From the NCBI GenBank assembly GCA_963814585.1, contig CAWFDF010000008.1:608001-672000 (forward strand): a stretch of DNA of 64,000 nt, read 5' to 3'. Made by a program: the position numbers and the translations under genes. A model generated the notes under the pieces. That model was not told the DNA's origin. It saw only the letters and a program-made list of their open reading frames with translations, and did no database searches. The stretch comes from an uncultured delta proteobacterium (GTDB taxonomy: Bacteria; Myxococcota; Myxococcia; Myxococcales; Anaeromyxobacteraceae). Position 1 is the stretch's first letter; every line of letters begins with the position of its first letter. Below, piece after piece: positions 48,950 to 59,329 of this stretch.

Positions 48950-49993
48950 TCACTTCGGGAACGGCCACAACCAGAAGACGCGACGGATGCGGTTCCAGAT
49001 CTCGGCCAGGCCGTGGGGCTCGAAGACCAGGAACCCCACCATCATGGCGCCGAAGAGGATGTCCTTCATGGGCGCCAGCCAGGACATGGCGTCGGGCACG
49101 AACCGGGTGGCCGACTGCACCATGGCCCGCAGCCCCTCGGGCACCAAGGTGACGAAGACGGCGCCGAAGAGCGTCCCCTTGATGGAGCCGAGGCCGCCCA
49201 CGATGATCATGGCCAGGAACTGGATGGAGAGGGAGAGCGGGAAGCTCTCCGGCGTCACCACCTTGGCGAAGTAGACGAAGAGCCCCCCGGCGATCCCGGC
49301 GTAGAAGCTGGAGATCATGAAGGAGAGGATCTTGGTCCGGAACAGGTCGATCCCCATGAGCTCCGCGGAGATGTCGCGATCGCGGACGGCGATGAAGGCG
49401 CGCCCGACCCGGGTCCGGAAGAGGTTGGCGGCCGCGTAGGCGTGGATGGCCACCAGGCCGATGACGAGGAAGTAGGTGCGCCGGTCGGTGTCGAAGGCGA
49501 ACCCGAGCATGCTGGCGGGCTCCACGTTGAGCCCGCGGATGCCGCCGGTGACGCCGGTCCAGTTGGTGAACACCCACTCGAAGATCACCTGCGCCGCCAG
49601 GGTGGCGATGGCCAGGTAGAGACCCTTGATGCGCAGGGACGGCATGCCGACCACGGCGCCGGCCAGGCACGCCGCCAGGCCGCCCACCGGCACCGCGAGC
49701 CAGAACGGCAGCCCCAGCCTCGTCGCCGCGATGGCGGTGGCGTAGGCGCCCACGCCGACGAAGGCGGCGTGGCCGAGCGAGATCTGGCCGGTGTAGCCGG
49801 TGAGGATGTTCAGGCCGAGCGCGGCGATGGCGAAGATCCCGACCAGGTTGGCGAGGTAGAGGAGGTAGTCGCCGGCGACGAACGGGAAGACCAGGGCCAT
49901 GCCGAGCAGGACGGCGAGCCCGGCGCGCGACGCGGGCGTCCGGAACAGGGCCTCGTCGGCGGCGTAGGTCTCCTTGAAGTTCCCGATCAGCAT
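48950..49993 (-). CDS. Liv-type ABC permease (LivM-like)
   Basis: GLNILTGYTGQISLGH, GLYLAIATLA, GRAFIAVRD, IIVGGLGS, EPHGL. Confidence 0.92.
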   Translation of the reverse strand: MLIGNFKETYAADEALFRTPASRAGLAVLLGMALVFPFVAGDYLLYLANLVGIFAIAALGLNILTGYTGQISLGHAAFVGVGAYATAIAATRLGLPFWLAVPVGGLAACLAGAVVGMPSLRIKGLYLAIATLAAQVIFEWVFTNWTGVTGGIRGLNVEPASMLGFAFDTDRRTYFLVIGLVAIHAYAAANLFRTRVGRAFIAVRDRDISAELMGIDLFRTKILSFMISSFYAGIAGGLFVYFAKVVTPESFPLSLSIQFLAMIIVGGLGSIKGTLFGAVFVTLVPEGLRAMVQSATRFVPDAMSWLAPMKDILFGAMMVGFLVFEPHGLAEIWNRIRRVFWLWPFPK

Positions 49994-49998
49994 GCTGC

Positions 49999-50885
49999 CT
50001 AGAGCCTCTCGATCTCGCGGGTGCCGAAGAGGCCCCAGGGCCGGACCATGAGGATGAGGACCAGGGCGATGAACGGCGCGACCTCCTTCACCCCGGCGCC
50101 GGGGAAGAGGGGGTCCAGGTAGCCTCCGGCCAGGTTCTCGAGGACCCCGATGACGATGCCGCCCACCAGGGCGCCGCCGATCGAGTCGAGGCCCCCCAGG
50201 ATCACCACCGGGAAGATGCGGAGGCCGACCGCGCCGAGCTGCGGGCTGATGCCGCCGATGATCCCCACCACCACGCCGGCCAGGGCCGCGGTGACCGCCG
50301 CCAGGACCCAGGAGAGCGAGAAGACGCGCCGGATGTCGATGCCCATGCCGAACGCGGTGACCTGGTCGTCGGCGGTGGCGCGCATGGCGGTGCCGGTGCG
50401 GGTGAACCGGAAGAAGGCGGCCAGCAGGACGATGGCGGCCAGCGCGATGAGGAACGGCCAGGCCTGGCGGCCCGGGAGGATCACCGGCCCCAGCTCCACC
50501 GGCTTGCGCGGGAAAATGGGGGGAAGGACCGGTACTCGCCGCCCCAGGCGATCTGGGCCAGCCCCTTGAAGACGGAGCTGAGGCCGATGGTGACCATGAT
50601 GATCGAGATGGGGCGCTGGCCGAGCATGGGGCGGAGGACGACCCGCTCGACCAGCGCGCCGACGCCCGCCGCCCCGAGCGCGGCGAGGACCAGCGCCGCG
50701 GCGAAGGGGAGCCCCAGGGCACTCATGGCGGTCCAGGCGAAGAAGGCCCCCAGCATCATCAGCTCGCCGGTGGCGAAGTTGATGACGCCGGTGGCCTTGT
50801 AGACCACCACGAACCCGATGGCGATGAGGGCGTAGATGCCGCCGGTCACCACGCCGCTGGCGGCGATCTGGAGGAAGTGCTCCAT
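49999..50885 (-). CDS. Liv-type ABC permease (LivH-like), frameshift in the G6 run at 50518-50523
   Basis: G.IYALIA.GF..VYK...INFA.G, G.AMRA, ILGGLDS..GA..GG, RP.GLFG. Confidence 0.88.
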
Positions 50886-50888
50886 CGC

Positions 50889-51725
50889 TCACCCCCCGCC
50901 CGAGGTGCCGAGGTAGGCCTGGATCACCTCGGGATTGGCCTGCACCTCGGCCGGCGTCCCGTCGGCGATCCGCTCGCCGAAGGAGAGGACCGTCACCCGG
51001 TCGCACAGGTCCATGACCACGCCCATGTCGTGCTCGATGAGGACCACGGTGACGCCGCGCTCCTCCTGGATGTCGAGGATGAAGCGGGCCATGTCCTCGG
51101 TCTCCTCCTCGTTCATCCCGGCGATGGGCTCGTCGAGGAGGAGGAGGCGCGGGCGCATGGCGAGCGCCCGGGCCAGCTCGACCCGCTTCTGCAGGCCGTA
51201 GGAGAGGCTCCCGACCGAGCGGCCGCGCAGGTGCTCGATCTCCAGGAAGTCGATGATCTCACGCTCCACCTCGTCCCGGAGCGCCGCCTCCTCGGCGCGG
51301 GCCCCGGGGCCGTAGGCCATGGCGCCGAGGACCCCGGTCTCGAGGTGACAGTGGGCGCCGAGCTTGATGTTGTCGAGGACGGTCATCCCCTCGAAGAGGG
51401 CGATGTTCTGGAAGGTCCGGGCCAGCCCGAGCGCGGGCCGGCGGGCGGCCGGCACGCGGGTCACGTCGCGCCCCTCGAAGACGATCTGGCCGTGCTGGGG
51501 ACGGTAGAAGCCGGCGATGCAGTTGAGCAGGCTGGTCTTCCCGGCGCCATTGGGCCCGATGATCCCGGCGATGCTGCCGCGGCGGACGGTGAGGTCGACG
51601 CCGGCCAGGGCCTGCACACCGCCGAAGGCCAGCGAGAGCCGCTCGATCGAGAGGATGACCTCGCCGATCCCGGAGGCCGGGGCAGGCCCGGTTCCATGTC
51701 CCGGCTGCGAATCCGGATGAGGCAA
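50889..51725 (-). CDS. Liv-type ABC transporter ATPase (LivG-like); start uncertain
   Basis: FGGVQAL, GPNGAGKT, RTFQN, LSYG.QKRVELARAL, LDEP.AG, IEHDM, V..AYLG. Confidence 0.88.
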   Translation of the reverse strand: MPHPDSQPGHGTGPAPASGIGEVILSIERLSLAFGGVQALAGVDLTVRRGSIAGIIGPNGAGKTSLLNCIAGFYRPQHGQIVFEGRDVTRVPAARRPALGLARTFQNIALFEGMTVLDNIKLGAHCHLETGVLGAMAYGPGARAEEAALRDEVEREIIDFLEIEHLRGRSVGSLSYGLQKRVELARALAMRPRLLLLDEPIAGMNEEETEDMARFILDIQEERGVTVVLIEHDMGVVMDLCDRVTVLSFGERIADGTPAEVQANPEVIQAYLGTSGGG

Positions 51726-51923
51726 CTCGACCCGCCCTTCGGTCCCATCGACGGCGCCCAGGGACCCAGAGACACAGGTTCGTGGCTCGGTTCGGATGGG
51801 CTCGGACGTTGGCACGGAGCCCGGACGTTCGGCAAGGCGTTCCTGCGCCCGGGCCCCACGTCCTGGGGCGCCCATCGGAGCACGAGCGCTCCGGGCTCCC
51901 AGCACGGATGACTCCACACCAGG

Positions 51924-52433
51924 TCACCCTGCTCGCCGTGGACGCCGTCTTCCCCGCGGACCCGCCGACGCCGGAACCTGGCGGCGCGAGGCCCTGGGCA
52001 GCGCCGAGGGAACCAGGGCGCGGCCGCCCGGAGCATCCCGGATGTCGGCGACCGTGGTGCTCTCGAGGAAATCCCGGTAGGCCTCGTTCACGCCGCCCCA
52101 TGAGGTGTGCGCCGAGCAGGCCGCCGAGCTGCGGCAGGGTCGGTCGGGGCGGAGCAGGCAGCCGGCCCAGACCCGCTTCCCCTCGAACGGGACCACCACC
52201 TCCACCAGCTTGATCCGGCCCGGGTCCCGGGCCAGGCGGTAGCCGCCCTTGGCGCCGCGGGTGGCGGTGAGCACGCCGCTGCGCGCCAGCGTGGCGAGCA
52301 CCTTCGACAGGTAGTCGGGGGGGAGCTTCAGCCGCCGCGCCAGGTCGCGACCCATCACCGCCTCGCCGCCGGCGTGGGCCGCCAGCCAGGCCATGGCGCG
52401 GAGCGCGTGGGTGGTGGAGGCGGAGAAGGTCAT
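51924..52433 (-). CDS. Rrf2-family transcriptional regulator with Cys3-His motif
   Basis: ALRAM..LA, YLSKVL..L...G.L...RG.KGGY.LAR, C-X7-C-X5-C-X2-H. Confidence 0.9.
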   Translation of the reverse strand: MTFSASTTHALRAMAWLAAHAGGEAVMGRDLARRLKLPPDYLSKVLATLARSGVLTATRGAKGGYRLARDPGRIKLVEVVVPFEGKRVWAGCLLRPDRPCRSSAACSAHTSWGGVNEAYRDFLESTTVADIRDAPGGRALVPSALPRASRRQVPASAGPRGRRRPRRAG

Positions 52434-52491
52434 GCCAAGAGGGTACCCGATCACGGGCCCCAGGTCACCCCTGGACAAGCGCCATCGATTA

Positions 52492-52507
52492 TGGATAACT
52501 TTATCCA
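52492..52507. promoter_or_regulatory. Perfect AT-rich palindrome TGGATAA-CT-TTATCCA, candidate Rrf2 operator
   Basis: Stands out in the 100-bp divergent rrf2/nar intergenic region. Confidence 0.7.
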
Positions 52508-52534
52508 CTATCGCGACAATGGAGGAGGTTCCCC

Positions 52535-53020
52535 GTGACGCTGGCCTCGATGTCCTTCGCGCTCCTGCTGGCGGCCCTGGGTGACCCGGCCACCGGCCGC
52601 GGCCTCTTCTTCGGCTCGCGCCCGCTCCAGAACGGCGGCGCGCCCTGCGGCGCCTGCCACGGCGTTGGCGGCGAGGGGCTGGCGTTCTCGGCCACGTTCG
52701 GCCCGGAGCTTTCGGCCGGGCTCGCCGGCCTGGACCCCGAGGCCGTCGACGGCCTCCTCGAGAGCCTCCCCTTCCCCTCCATGACCCCCGTCTACGAGGG
52801 CCGGCCCCTGACCCCCGCGGAGCGGGCCGATCTGGTGGCCTTCCTGGTGCCGGCCGTGACGCAGGGGCCGCCGGCCGCCGACTGGCGCTTCGAGTCCCTG
52901 GGCCTGGCCGGCGCGGCGCTCGGCTTCCTCGCCCTCGCGGTCGCCTGGCGGCGACGCAAGGCCCCTTCCCGGGACCGGCTGCTGGCCCGCGCCCACCACT
53001 CGCACGGAGGTTCCACATGA
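52535..53020 (+). CDS. Membrane-anchored monoheme cytochrome c (NarC-like)
   Basis: GD...G..LF, CGACH, GPELS, distal Met (PSM.P), C-terminal TM helix; GGAGGAGG RBS; ATGA overlap with narG. Confidence 0.82.
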   Translation: MTLASMSFALLLAALGDPATGRGLFFGSRPLQNGGAPCGACHGVGGEGLAFSATFGPELSAGLAGLDPEAVDGLLESLPFPSMTPVYEGRPLTPAERADLVAFLVPAVTQGPPAADWRFESLGLAGAALGFLALAVAWRRRKAPSRDRLLARAHHSHGGST

Positions 53021-56000
53021 GCTGGGTGAAGGACATCTTCGACCCCGACCAGCGACGCTGGGAGGAGATCTACCGGAACCGCTTCCAGACCGACAAGGTC
53101 GTCCGCAGCACGCACGGCGTGAACTGCACCGGCGGCTGCTCCTGGAACATCCACGTGAAGAACGGCGTGGTGGCCATGGAGACGCAGGCCACCGACTACC
53201 CCCGCATCTCCTGCGAGGTGCCGGCCTACGAGCCGCGTGGGTGCCAGCGCGGCATCTCCGCCTCCTGGTACCTCTACAGCCCCCTGCGCGTGAAGTACCC
53301 GTACCTGCGCGGCGTGCTCATGGACCTGTGGCGCGAGGCGCGCCGGCTCCACGCCGACCCGGTGGCGGCCTGGGCCTCCATCGTCGACGATCCGGAGAAG
53401 CGCCGCAGCTACCAGGAGGCCCGCGGCATGGGCGGCCTGCGCCGCAGCTCCTGGGGCGAGGTGCTGGAGCTGGTGGCCGCCTCCACCATCCACACCGTCA
53501 AGCGCCACGGCTCCGACCGGATCATCGGCTTCAGCCCCATCCCGGCCATGTCGATGCTCAGCTTCGCGGCCGGCTCGCGCTTCCTGCAGCTGCTGGGCGG
53601 CGTCAACCTCTCCTTCTACGACTGGTACTGCGACCTCCCCAACGCCTCGCCGGAGGTCTGGGGCGAGCAGACCGACGTGGCCGAGAGCGCCGACTGGTAC
53701 CACTCCAAGTTCATCGTCTCGATGGGCGCCAACATGGGGATGACGCGCACCCCCGACGTCCACTTCGCGGCCGAGGCGCGCCACGACGGCGCCAAGCTGG
53801 TGGTGCTCAGCCCCGACTTCAGCATGACCTCCAAGTACGCCGACCAGTGGATCCCCATCCACGCCGGCCAGGACGCCGCCTTCTGGCTGGCGGTGGACCA
53901 CGTCATCCTCAAGGAGTTCCACCACGATCGGAAGACCCCGTACTTCCTCGACTACGTGCGCCGCTACAGCGACGCGCCGTTCCTGGTCGAGCTGGAGGAG
54001 CACCAGGCCGGCCTGCGCCCGGGTCGCATGCTCCGCGCCAGCCAGCTGGCGCGCACCGCCGGCGTCGAGAACGGCGACTTCAAGTTCCTGGTCTGGGACG
54101 GGACCGCCGGCGCCCCCCGCATGCCGCGGGGCACGCTCGGCTTCCGCTGGCAGCACGAGAAGGGGCAGTGGAACCTGGAGATGAAGGACGGCGTCGACGG
54201 CGCCGACATCGACGCCCGGGCCAGCCTTCTCGACGCCCACGACGGGATCGCCCAGGTGGCCTTCGACGAGTACGCCTCGGGCCGGGTGGCCCTGCGCGGG
54301 GTGCCGGTCCGCACCGTGGAGACGCTGGGCGGGCCGGTCCAGGTGGCGACCGTCTACGACCTGCTCTTCGCCCAGTACGGCGTCTCCCGCGGCCTGGCGG
54401 GCGACTTCCCGGAGGGCTACGACGACGCTGGGGCCGCCTACACGCCCGCCTGGCAGGAGCGCTTCACCGGCGTCTCCCGCGCCGAGGTGATCCGCTTCGC
54501 CCGGGAGTGGGCCACCACCGCCGACAAGACCGGCGGCAAGTGCTCGGTGATCATCGGCGCCGGGGTGAACCAGTGGTACCACGGCAATCACGCCTACCGC
54601 GCCGCCATCGCCGGCCTGGTCCTCTGCGGCTGCGTCGGCAAGAACGGCGGCGGCCTCAACCACTACGTCGGCCAGGAGAAGCTGGCCCCGGTGGCCCCCT
54701 GGTCGGCCCTGGCCTTCGCGCTCGACTGGGCCGGGCCGCCGCGCCTGCAGAACGCCCCCAGCTTCCACTACGTCCACTCCGACCAGTGGCGCTACGAGAG
54801 CGCCAGCCAGGACGAGCAGCTCAACCCGCTGCACGAGCCCAGCGAGTTCGCCGCGCGCCACACCATGGACCACCAGGTCCGGGCCGTCCGCCACGGCTGG
54901 CTCCCATTCTTCCCCCAGTTCGACCGGACCCCGGCGGCGGTGGTGAACGAGGCCAGGGCCGCGGGAGCCGCCAGCGACGCCGAGGTGAGCGCCTGGGTGG
55001 TCAAGCAGCTCAAGGAGAAGAAGCTCAAGTTCTCGGTCGAGGACCCCGACGCGCCGGGGAACTGGCCACGCCTCTGGTTCATCTGGCGCGGCAACGCCCT
55101 CATGTCCTCCGCCAAGGGGCACGAGTACTTCCTGCGCCACTACCTGGGCACCAGCTCCAACGCCGTGGCGGCGGAGACGGCCAGGGACGACGTGAAGGAT
55201 GCGGCCTGGCGTGACCCGGCGCCCACGGGGAAGCTCGACCTGGTGGTCGACCTCAACTTCCGGATGGACACGACGGCGCTCTACTCCGACGTCATCCTCC
55301 CGGCCGCCACCTGGTACGAGAAGGACGACCTCAACTCCACCGACATGCACTCGTACATCCACCCGCTGCAGGCGGCGGTCCCGCCTTGCTGGGAGTCGAG
55401 GAGCGACTGGGACATCTTCAAGGCCATCGCCGAGAAGGTGAGCGAGCTGGCCAGGACCCACCTGCCGGAGCCGGTGAAGGAGATCGTCACCCGGCCCCTG
55501 ATGCACGACACGCCGGCCGAGATGGCGCAGCGGGAGCTGCGCGACTGGTCGAAGGGCGAGTGTGAGCCCGAGCCCGGCAAGACCATGCCGGGGCTGGCCT
55601 ACGTGGAGCGCGACTACGTCAACCTCCACAAGCGGTTCGTCTCCTACGGCCCGGTGGTCCGCGCCCAGGGGATCGGCGCCCACGGCGTCACCTGGCAGGT
55701 CGACGACCTCTACGACGAGCTGGCCAGGGATCGACCTGGCCCGGAGCTGGGCGGCACGCGCCACCCCTCGCTGGAGACGGCCAAGGACGCGGCCAACGTC
55801 ATCCTCGCCCTGGCCCCCGAGACCAACGGCGAGTCGGCCTTCCGGGCCTGGGCGGCCGAGGAGAAGAAGGTGGGGCTGCCCCTCACCGACCTCGCCGCGG
55901 GCAACCGCAACGTCCGCACCACCTTCGCCGACCTGGCCGCCCAGCCGAGGCGCCTCCTCGACTCCCCCTGCTGGACCGGCCTCACCGGCAAGGGGCGGAC

Positions 56001-56640
56001 CTACTCCGCCTACTGCCTCAACGTGGAGCGCCTGGTCCCGTGGCGGACGCTCACCGGCCGGCAACACTTCTACCTGGATCACCCCGGCTTCATCGCCTTC
56101 GGCGAGGCGCTGCCCACCTACAAGCCCAAGCCCACCCCCGACGTCGTCAAGGACCTGGGGGCGTCCGGGAACGGCCGGCCCAGCCTGCAGCTCAACTACC
56201 TGACGCCGCACGGCAAGTGGGGCATCCACTCCACCTTCGGCGACAACCTGCGGATGCTCACCCTCTCCCGCGGAACCCATCCGCTCTGGGTGAATGACCA
56301 GGACGCGGCCAGGATCGGCCTCGCCGACAACGACTGGGTGGAGGCCTACAACGACCACGGCGTGGTGGTGGTCCGCTGCGTGGTGAGCGCGCGCATCCCC
56401 ACCGGGCTCTGCCTCCTCTACCACGCGCCGGAGCGGACCATCGGCGTCCCCAGGAGCCCGCAGCGGGGCAACAAGCGGGCCGGCGGGCACAACAGCCTGA
56501 CCCGGGTGCGGCTCAAGCCCACGCTCATGCTGGGCGGCTACGGGCAGTTCACCTTCGCCCTCAACTACTGGGGCCCGACCGGCAACAACCGGGACACCTT
56601 CATCCGCGTGCGCAAGCTGGACGGCGCGCCGCAGTACTGA
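53017..56640 (+). CDS. narG: Respiratory nitrate reductase alpha subunit
   Basis: [52 protein letters not shown]; no Tat signal. Confidence 0.97.
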   Translation: MSWVKDIFDPDQRRWEEIYRNRFQTDKVVRSTHGVNCTGGCSWNIHVKNGVVAMETQATDYPRISCEVPAYEPRGCQRGISASWYLYSPLRVKYPYLRGVLMDLWREARRLHADPVAAWASIVDDPEKRRSYQEARGMGGLRRSSWGEVLELVAASTIHTVKRHGSDRIIGFSPIPAMSMLSFAAGSRFLQLLGGVNLSFYDWYCDLPNASPEVWGEQTDVAESADWYHSKFIVSMGANMGMTRTPDVHFAAEARHDGAKLVVLSPDFSMTSKYADQWIPIHAGQDAAFWLAVDHVILKEFHHDRKTPYFLDYVRRYSDAPFLVELEEHQAGLRPGRMLRASQLARTAGVENGDFKFLVWDGTAGAPRMPRGTLGFRWQHEKGQWNLEMKDGVDGADIDARASLLDAHDGIAQVAFDEYASGRVALRGVPVRTVETLGGPVQVATVYDLLFAQYGVSRGLAGDFPEGYDDAGAAYTPAWQERFTGVSRAEVIRFAREWATTADKTGGKCSVIIGAGVNQWYHGNHAYRAAIAGLVLCGCVGKNGGGLNHYVGQEKLAPVAPWSALAFALDWAGPPRLQNAPSFHYVHSDQWRYESASQDEQLNPLHEPSEFAARHTMDHQVRAVRHGWLPFFPQFDRTPAAVVNEARAAGAASDAEVSAWVVKQLKEKKLKFSVEDPDAPGNWPRLWFIWRGNALMSSAKGHEYFLRHYLGTSSNAVAAETARDDVKDAAWRDPAPTGKLDLVVDLNFRMDTTALYSDVILPAATWYEKDDLNSTDMHSYIHPLQAAVPPCWESRSDWDIFKAIAEKVSELARTHLPEPVKEIVTRPLMHDTPAEMAQRELRDWSKGECEPEPGKTMPGLAYVERDYVNLHKRFVSYGPVVRAQGIGAHGVTWQVDDLYDELARDRPGPELGGTRHPSLETAKDAANVILALAPETNGESAFRAWAAEEKKVGLPLTDLAAGNRNVRTTFADLAAQPRRLLDSPCWTGLTGKGRTYSAYCLNVERLVPWRTLTGRQHFYLDHPGFIAFGEALPTYKPKPTPDVVKDLGASGNGRPSLQLNYLTPHGKWGIHSTFGDNLRMLTLSRGTHPLWVNDQDAARIGLADNDWVEAYNDHGVVVVRCVVSARIPTGLCLLYHAPERTIGVPRSPQRGNKRAGGHNSLTRVRLKPTLMLGGYGQFTFALNYWGPTGNNRDTFIRVRKLDGAPQY

Positions 56641-56654
56641 CCGAGGGACACGCC

Positions 56655-58127
56655 ATGAACGTGCGCTCGCAGATCTCGACGGTGTTCCACCTCGACAAGT
56701 GCATCGGGTGCCACACCTGCAGCGTGGCCTGCAAGAACCAGTGGACCGACCGGCGCGGCATGGAATACGCGTGGTGGAACAACGTCGAGACCAAGCCCGG
56801 CACCGGCTACCCGGTCTCCTGGGAGGACCAGGAGCAGTACCGCGGCGGGTGGAAGGTGGACGGCGGGGAGCTGAAGCTGCGCCAGGGCGGCCGGCTCGCC
56901 AGCCTGGCGAAGATCTTCTCCAACCCCAGCCTGCCGGTCCTCGACGACTACTACCAGCCCTTCACCTACCGGTACGACGACCTGTTCAGCGCCCCGGCCG
57001 GCAAGGACCAGCCGACGGCCCGCCCCATCTCGCTCCTCGACGGCAAGCCCATGGAGATCAAGTCGGGCCCGAACTGGGATGACGACCTCTCCGGCTCCCC
57101 CGTCTACGCCGCGCAGGATCCCAACCTGGCCGGGCTCTCGGCGCAGGAGCGGGCGGAGCTGCAGGGGATCGAGCGGATGGTCTTCTTCTACCTGCCGCGC
57201 ATCTGCAACCACTGCCTCAACCCCGCCTGCGTGGCCGCCTGCGGCTCGGGGGCCATCTACAAGCGGGGCGAGGACGGCATCGTCCTCGTCAACCAGGACC
57301 GCTGCCGCGGCTGGCGCATGTGCGTCAGCGCCTGCCCCTACAAGAAGATCTACTTCAACTGGTCCACCGGGAAGTCGGAGAAGTGCATCCTCTGCTACCC
57401 ACGGCTCGAGGCGGGCGAGGCCCCGGCCTGCTTCCACACCTGCGTGGGTCGCATCCGCTACCTGGGGGTGCTGCTCTACGACGCCGACCGGCTGGTCCAG
57501 GCGGCGACCATGGGCGACGCCGAGCTGGTGGCGGCGCAGCGCGACGTCATCCTCGACCCCAGCGACCCCGCGGTGGTGGAGGCGGCCCGCCAGAACGGCG
57601 TGCCCGACGCGGTCATCGACGCGGCTCGCCGCTCGCCGGTCTACCGCTTCGTCAAGGAGTGGGGCATCGCCCTGCCGCTCCACCCGGAGTACCGGACGCT
57701 GCCCATGCTCTTCTACGTGCCACCCCTCCTCCCCGCCATGGCCGAGGACGCGGCCACCGGCGAGTCCAGCTTCTTCACCTCGCTGGAGAAGGCCCGGCTC
57801 CCGCTCAGGTACCTGGCCAGCCTGTTCTCGGCGGGTAACGAGGAGCAGGTGAAGGCCACCTACCGGAAGCTGATGGCGGTGCGCCTGCACCGGCGCTCGA
57901 CGCAGGTGGGCGACCTCCCGGCCGCCACCGTGGCCTCCGCCATGGCCGAGGCGGCGCTGTCGGCGTCCGACGCCGACGCCATCTACCGGCTCACCTCGCT
58001 GGCCGGGATGTCCGAGCGGATCGTCATCCCGCCCATGATGCGGGAGCAGCTGACCGAGCCGACGGTCGAGCCGCAGCGGCAGAACGAGGCCGGCTTCGCG
58101 TACCTGCGTCCGCCGCCGGGGAGGTGA
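56655..58127 (+). CDS. narH: Respiratory nitrate reductase beta subunit
   Basis: LDKCIGCHTCSVACK, PRICNHCLNPAC, CRGWRMC...CPYKK, SEKCILCYP, PEYRTLPM. Confidence 0.97.
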   Translation: MNVRSQISTVFHLDKCIGCHTCSVACKNQWTDRRGMEYAWWNNVETKPGTGYPVSWEDQEQYRGGWKVDGGELKLRQGGRLASLAKIFSNPSLPVLDDYYQPFTYRYDDLFSAPAGKDQPTARPISLLDGKPMEIKSGPNWDDDLSGSPVYAAQDPNLAGLSAQERAELQGIERMVFFYLPRICNHCLNPACVAACGSGAIYKRGEDGIVLVNQDRCRGWRMCVSACPYKKIYFNWSTGKSEKCILCYPRLEAGEAPACFHTCVGRIRYLGVLLYDADRLVQAATMGDAELVAAQRDVILDPSDPAVVEAARQNGVPDAVIDAARRSPVYRFVKEWGIALPLHPEYRTLPMLFYVPPLLPAMAEDAATGESSFFTSLEKARLPLRYLASLFSAGNEEQVKATYRKLMAVRLHRRSTQVGDLPAATVASAMAEAALSASDADAIYRLTSLAGMSERIVIPPMMREQLTEPTVEPQRQNEAGFAYLRPPPGR

Positions 58128-58130
58128 ACC

Positions 58131-58649
58131 GTGACCGCCCTCGACCGCCAGCAGCAGGTGTTCACGGCCTTCGCCGAGCTGCTCGCCTACCCGGTGGGCG
58201 ATCCCGCGCCGGCCGCGCGGCGCTGCCACGGCCTGGTCCGCGAGCGGGAGTCGGCCGCCGAGCTCGACCGCTTCGTCGCTCGCGCCGAGCAGGCCCGGCC
58301 CCATGAGCTGGAGGAGCTCTACTCCGCCACCTTCGACCTCGAGCCCACCTGCGCGCCCTACGTCGGCCACCACCTCTGCGGCGACGGGCCCCAGCGCGGC
58401 GTCTTCCTCTCCCGGCTCGCGGACGTCTACCGGCAGGACGGCTTCGCCGTGGCCGCCCCGGACGGCGAGCTCCCCGACCACGTCGCGGTGGTGCTGCGCT
58501 ACCTGGGGGCGGTGGCGTCGGGGCCGGGCCGCCAGGCGCTGCTGGAGGACGCCCTGGTGCCGGCGCTCGACAAGATGCTGGCCTCGCTCGACGACCCCAA
58601 GAACGTCTACCGCTCGGTGCTCTCGGCGCTGCGCAAGGAGGTGGCGTGA
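58131..58649 (+). CDS. narJ: Nitrate reductase molybdenum cofactor assembly chaperone
   Basis: LL.YP, Y.ATFDL, ELPDH; lies between narH and narI. Confidence 0.9.
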   Translation: MTALDRQQQVFTAFAELLAYPVGDPAPAARRCHGLVRERESAAELDRFVARAEQARPHELEELYSATFDLEPTCAPYVGHHLCGDGPQRGVFLSRLADVYRQDGFAVAAPDGELPDHVAVVLRYLGAVASGPGRQALLEDALVPALDKMLASLDDPKNVYRSVLSALRKEVA

Positions 58650-59329
58650 TGGACGCGTTCCTGTTCGGCGTGCTCCCCTATGTCGCGGTGGCAGCGACCG
58701 TGATCGGCGCGGTCCGGCGCTTCGGCGCCATGCGCTCCACCGTGACCAGCTTCTCGACCCAGATGCTGGAGAGCCGGCTGCAGCACTGGGGCTCGATCTC
58801 CTGGCACTACGCCATCCTGCTGGTCCTGCTGGCCCACCTGGCCGCCATCTTCCTCCCCGGCGCGGTGGCCGGCGCGCTCTCGTCCCCAGGCCGCTTGCTG
58901 GCCATCGAGGTGACCGGCCTGGCGCTCGGCGTCACCGCCGGGGTCGGGCTGGTGCTGCTCGGCGTCCGGCGGATCTCCCTGCGCGGCGAGACCACCTGGC
59001 TGGACTGGACGGTGATGGCGCTCCTGTTGCTGCAGGTGGCCACCGGCGTCTGGGTGGCGGTGACGGCGCGCTGGGGGCTCTCCTGGTTCCTCTACACGGC
59101 GACGCCCTGGCTGGGCTCGCTGGTCCGCCTCGCCCCGAGGGTCGACCTCATGTCCATCATGCCGTGGCCGATGAAGCTCCACGCCGTGAACGCCTTCGTG
59201 CTGGTGGCCCTGGTCCCCTACACGCGGCTGGCCCACGCCCTGGTGGCGCCCATCGAGTACCTCTGGCGACTCCCCCAGGTGGTCATCTGGCGCCGGCCTC
59301 GCCCCGTGTCGCCCGGAGGCTCCCCATGA
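58649..59329 (+). CDS. narI: Respiratory nitrate reductase gamma subunit (cytochrome b)
   Basis: FLFGVLPY, four heme His (WHY...AH, LH, TRLAH), P..YL.R. Confidence 0.92.
   Translation: MDAFLFGVLPYVAVAATVIGAVRRFGAMRSTVTSFSTQMLESRLQHWGSISWHYAILLVLLAHLAAIFLPGAVAGALSSPGRLLAIEVTGLALGVTAGVGLVLLGVRRISLRGETTWLDWTVMALLLLQVATGVWVAVTARWGLSWFLYTATPWLGSLVRLAPRVDLMSIMPWPMKLHAVNAFVLVALVPYTRLAHALVAPIEYLWRLPQVVIWRRPRPVSPGGSP

Noticed and set aside
52492..52509. DnaA-box-like TTATCCAC suggesting a replication origin
   Set aside because: Only one inverted pair in a 100-bp gap, with no box cluster, unwinding element or dnaA/parAB context; an operator is the simpler reading.
52792..56490. Very long antisense and alternate-frame ORFs (also 8033-11041, 16015-19401, 19398-21689)
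   Set aside because: Shadow ORFs expected at this GC content, opposite well-supported genes, with Arg/Gly/Pro-rich nonsense composition.
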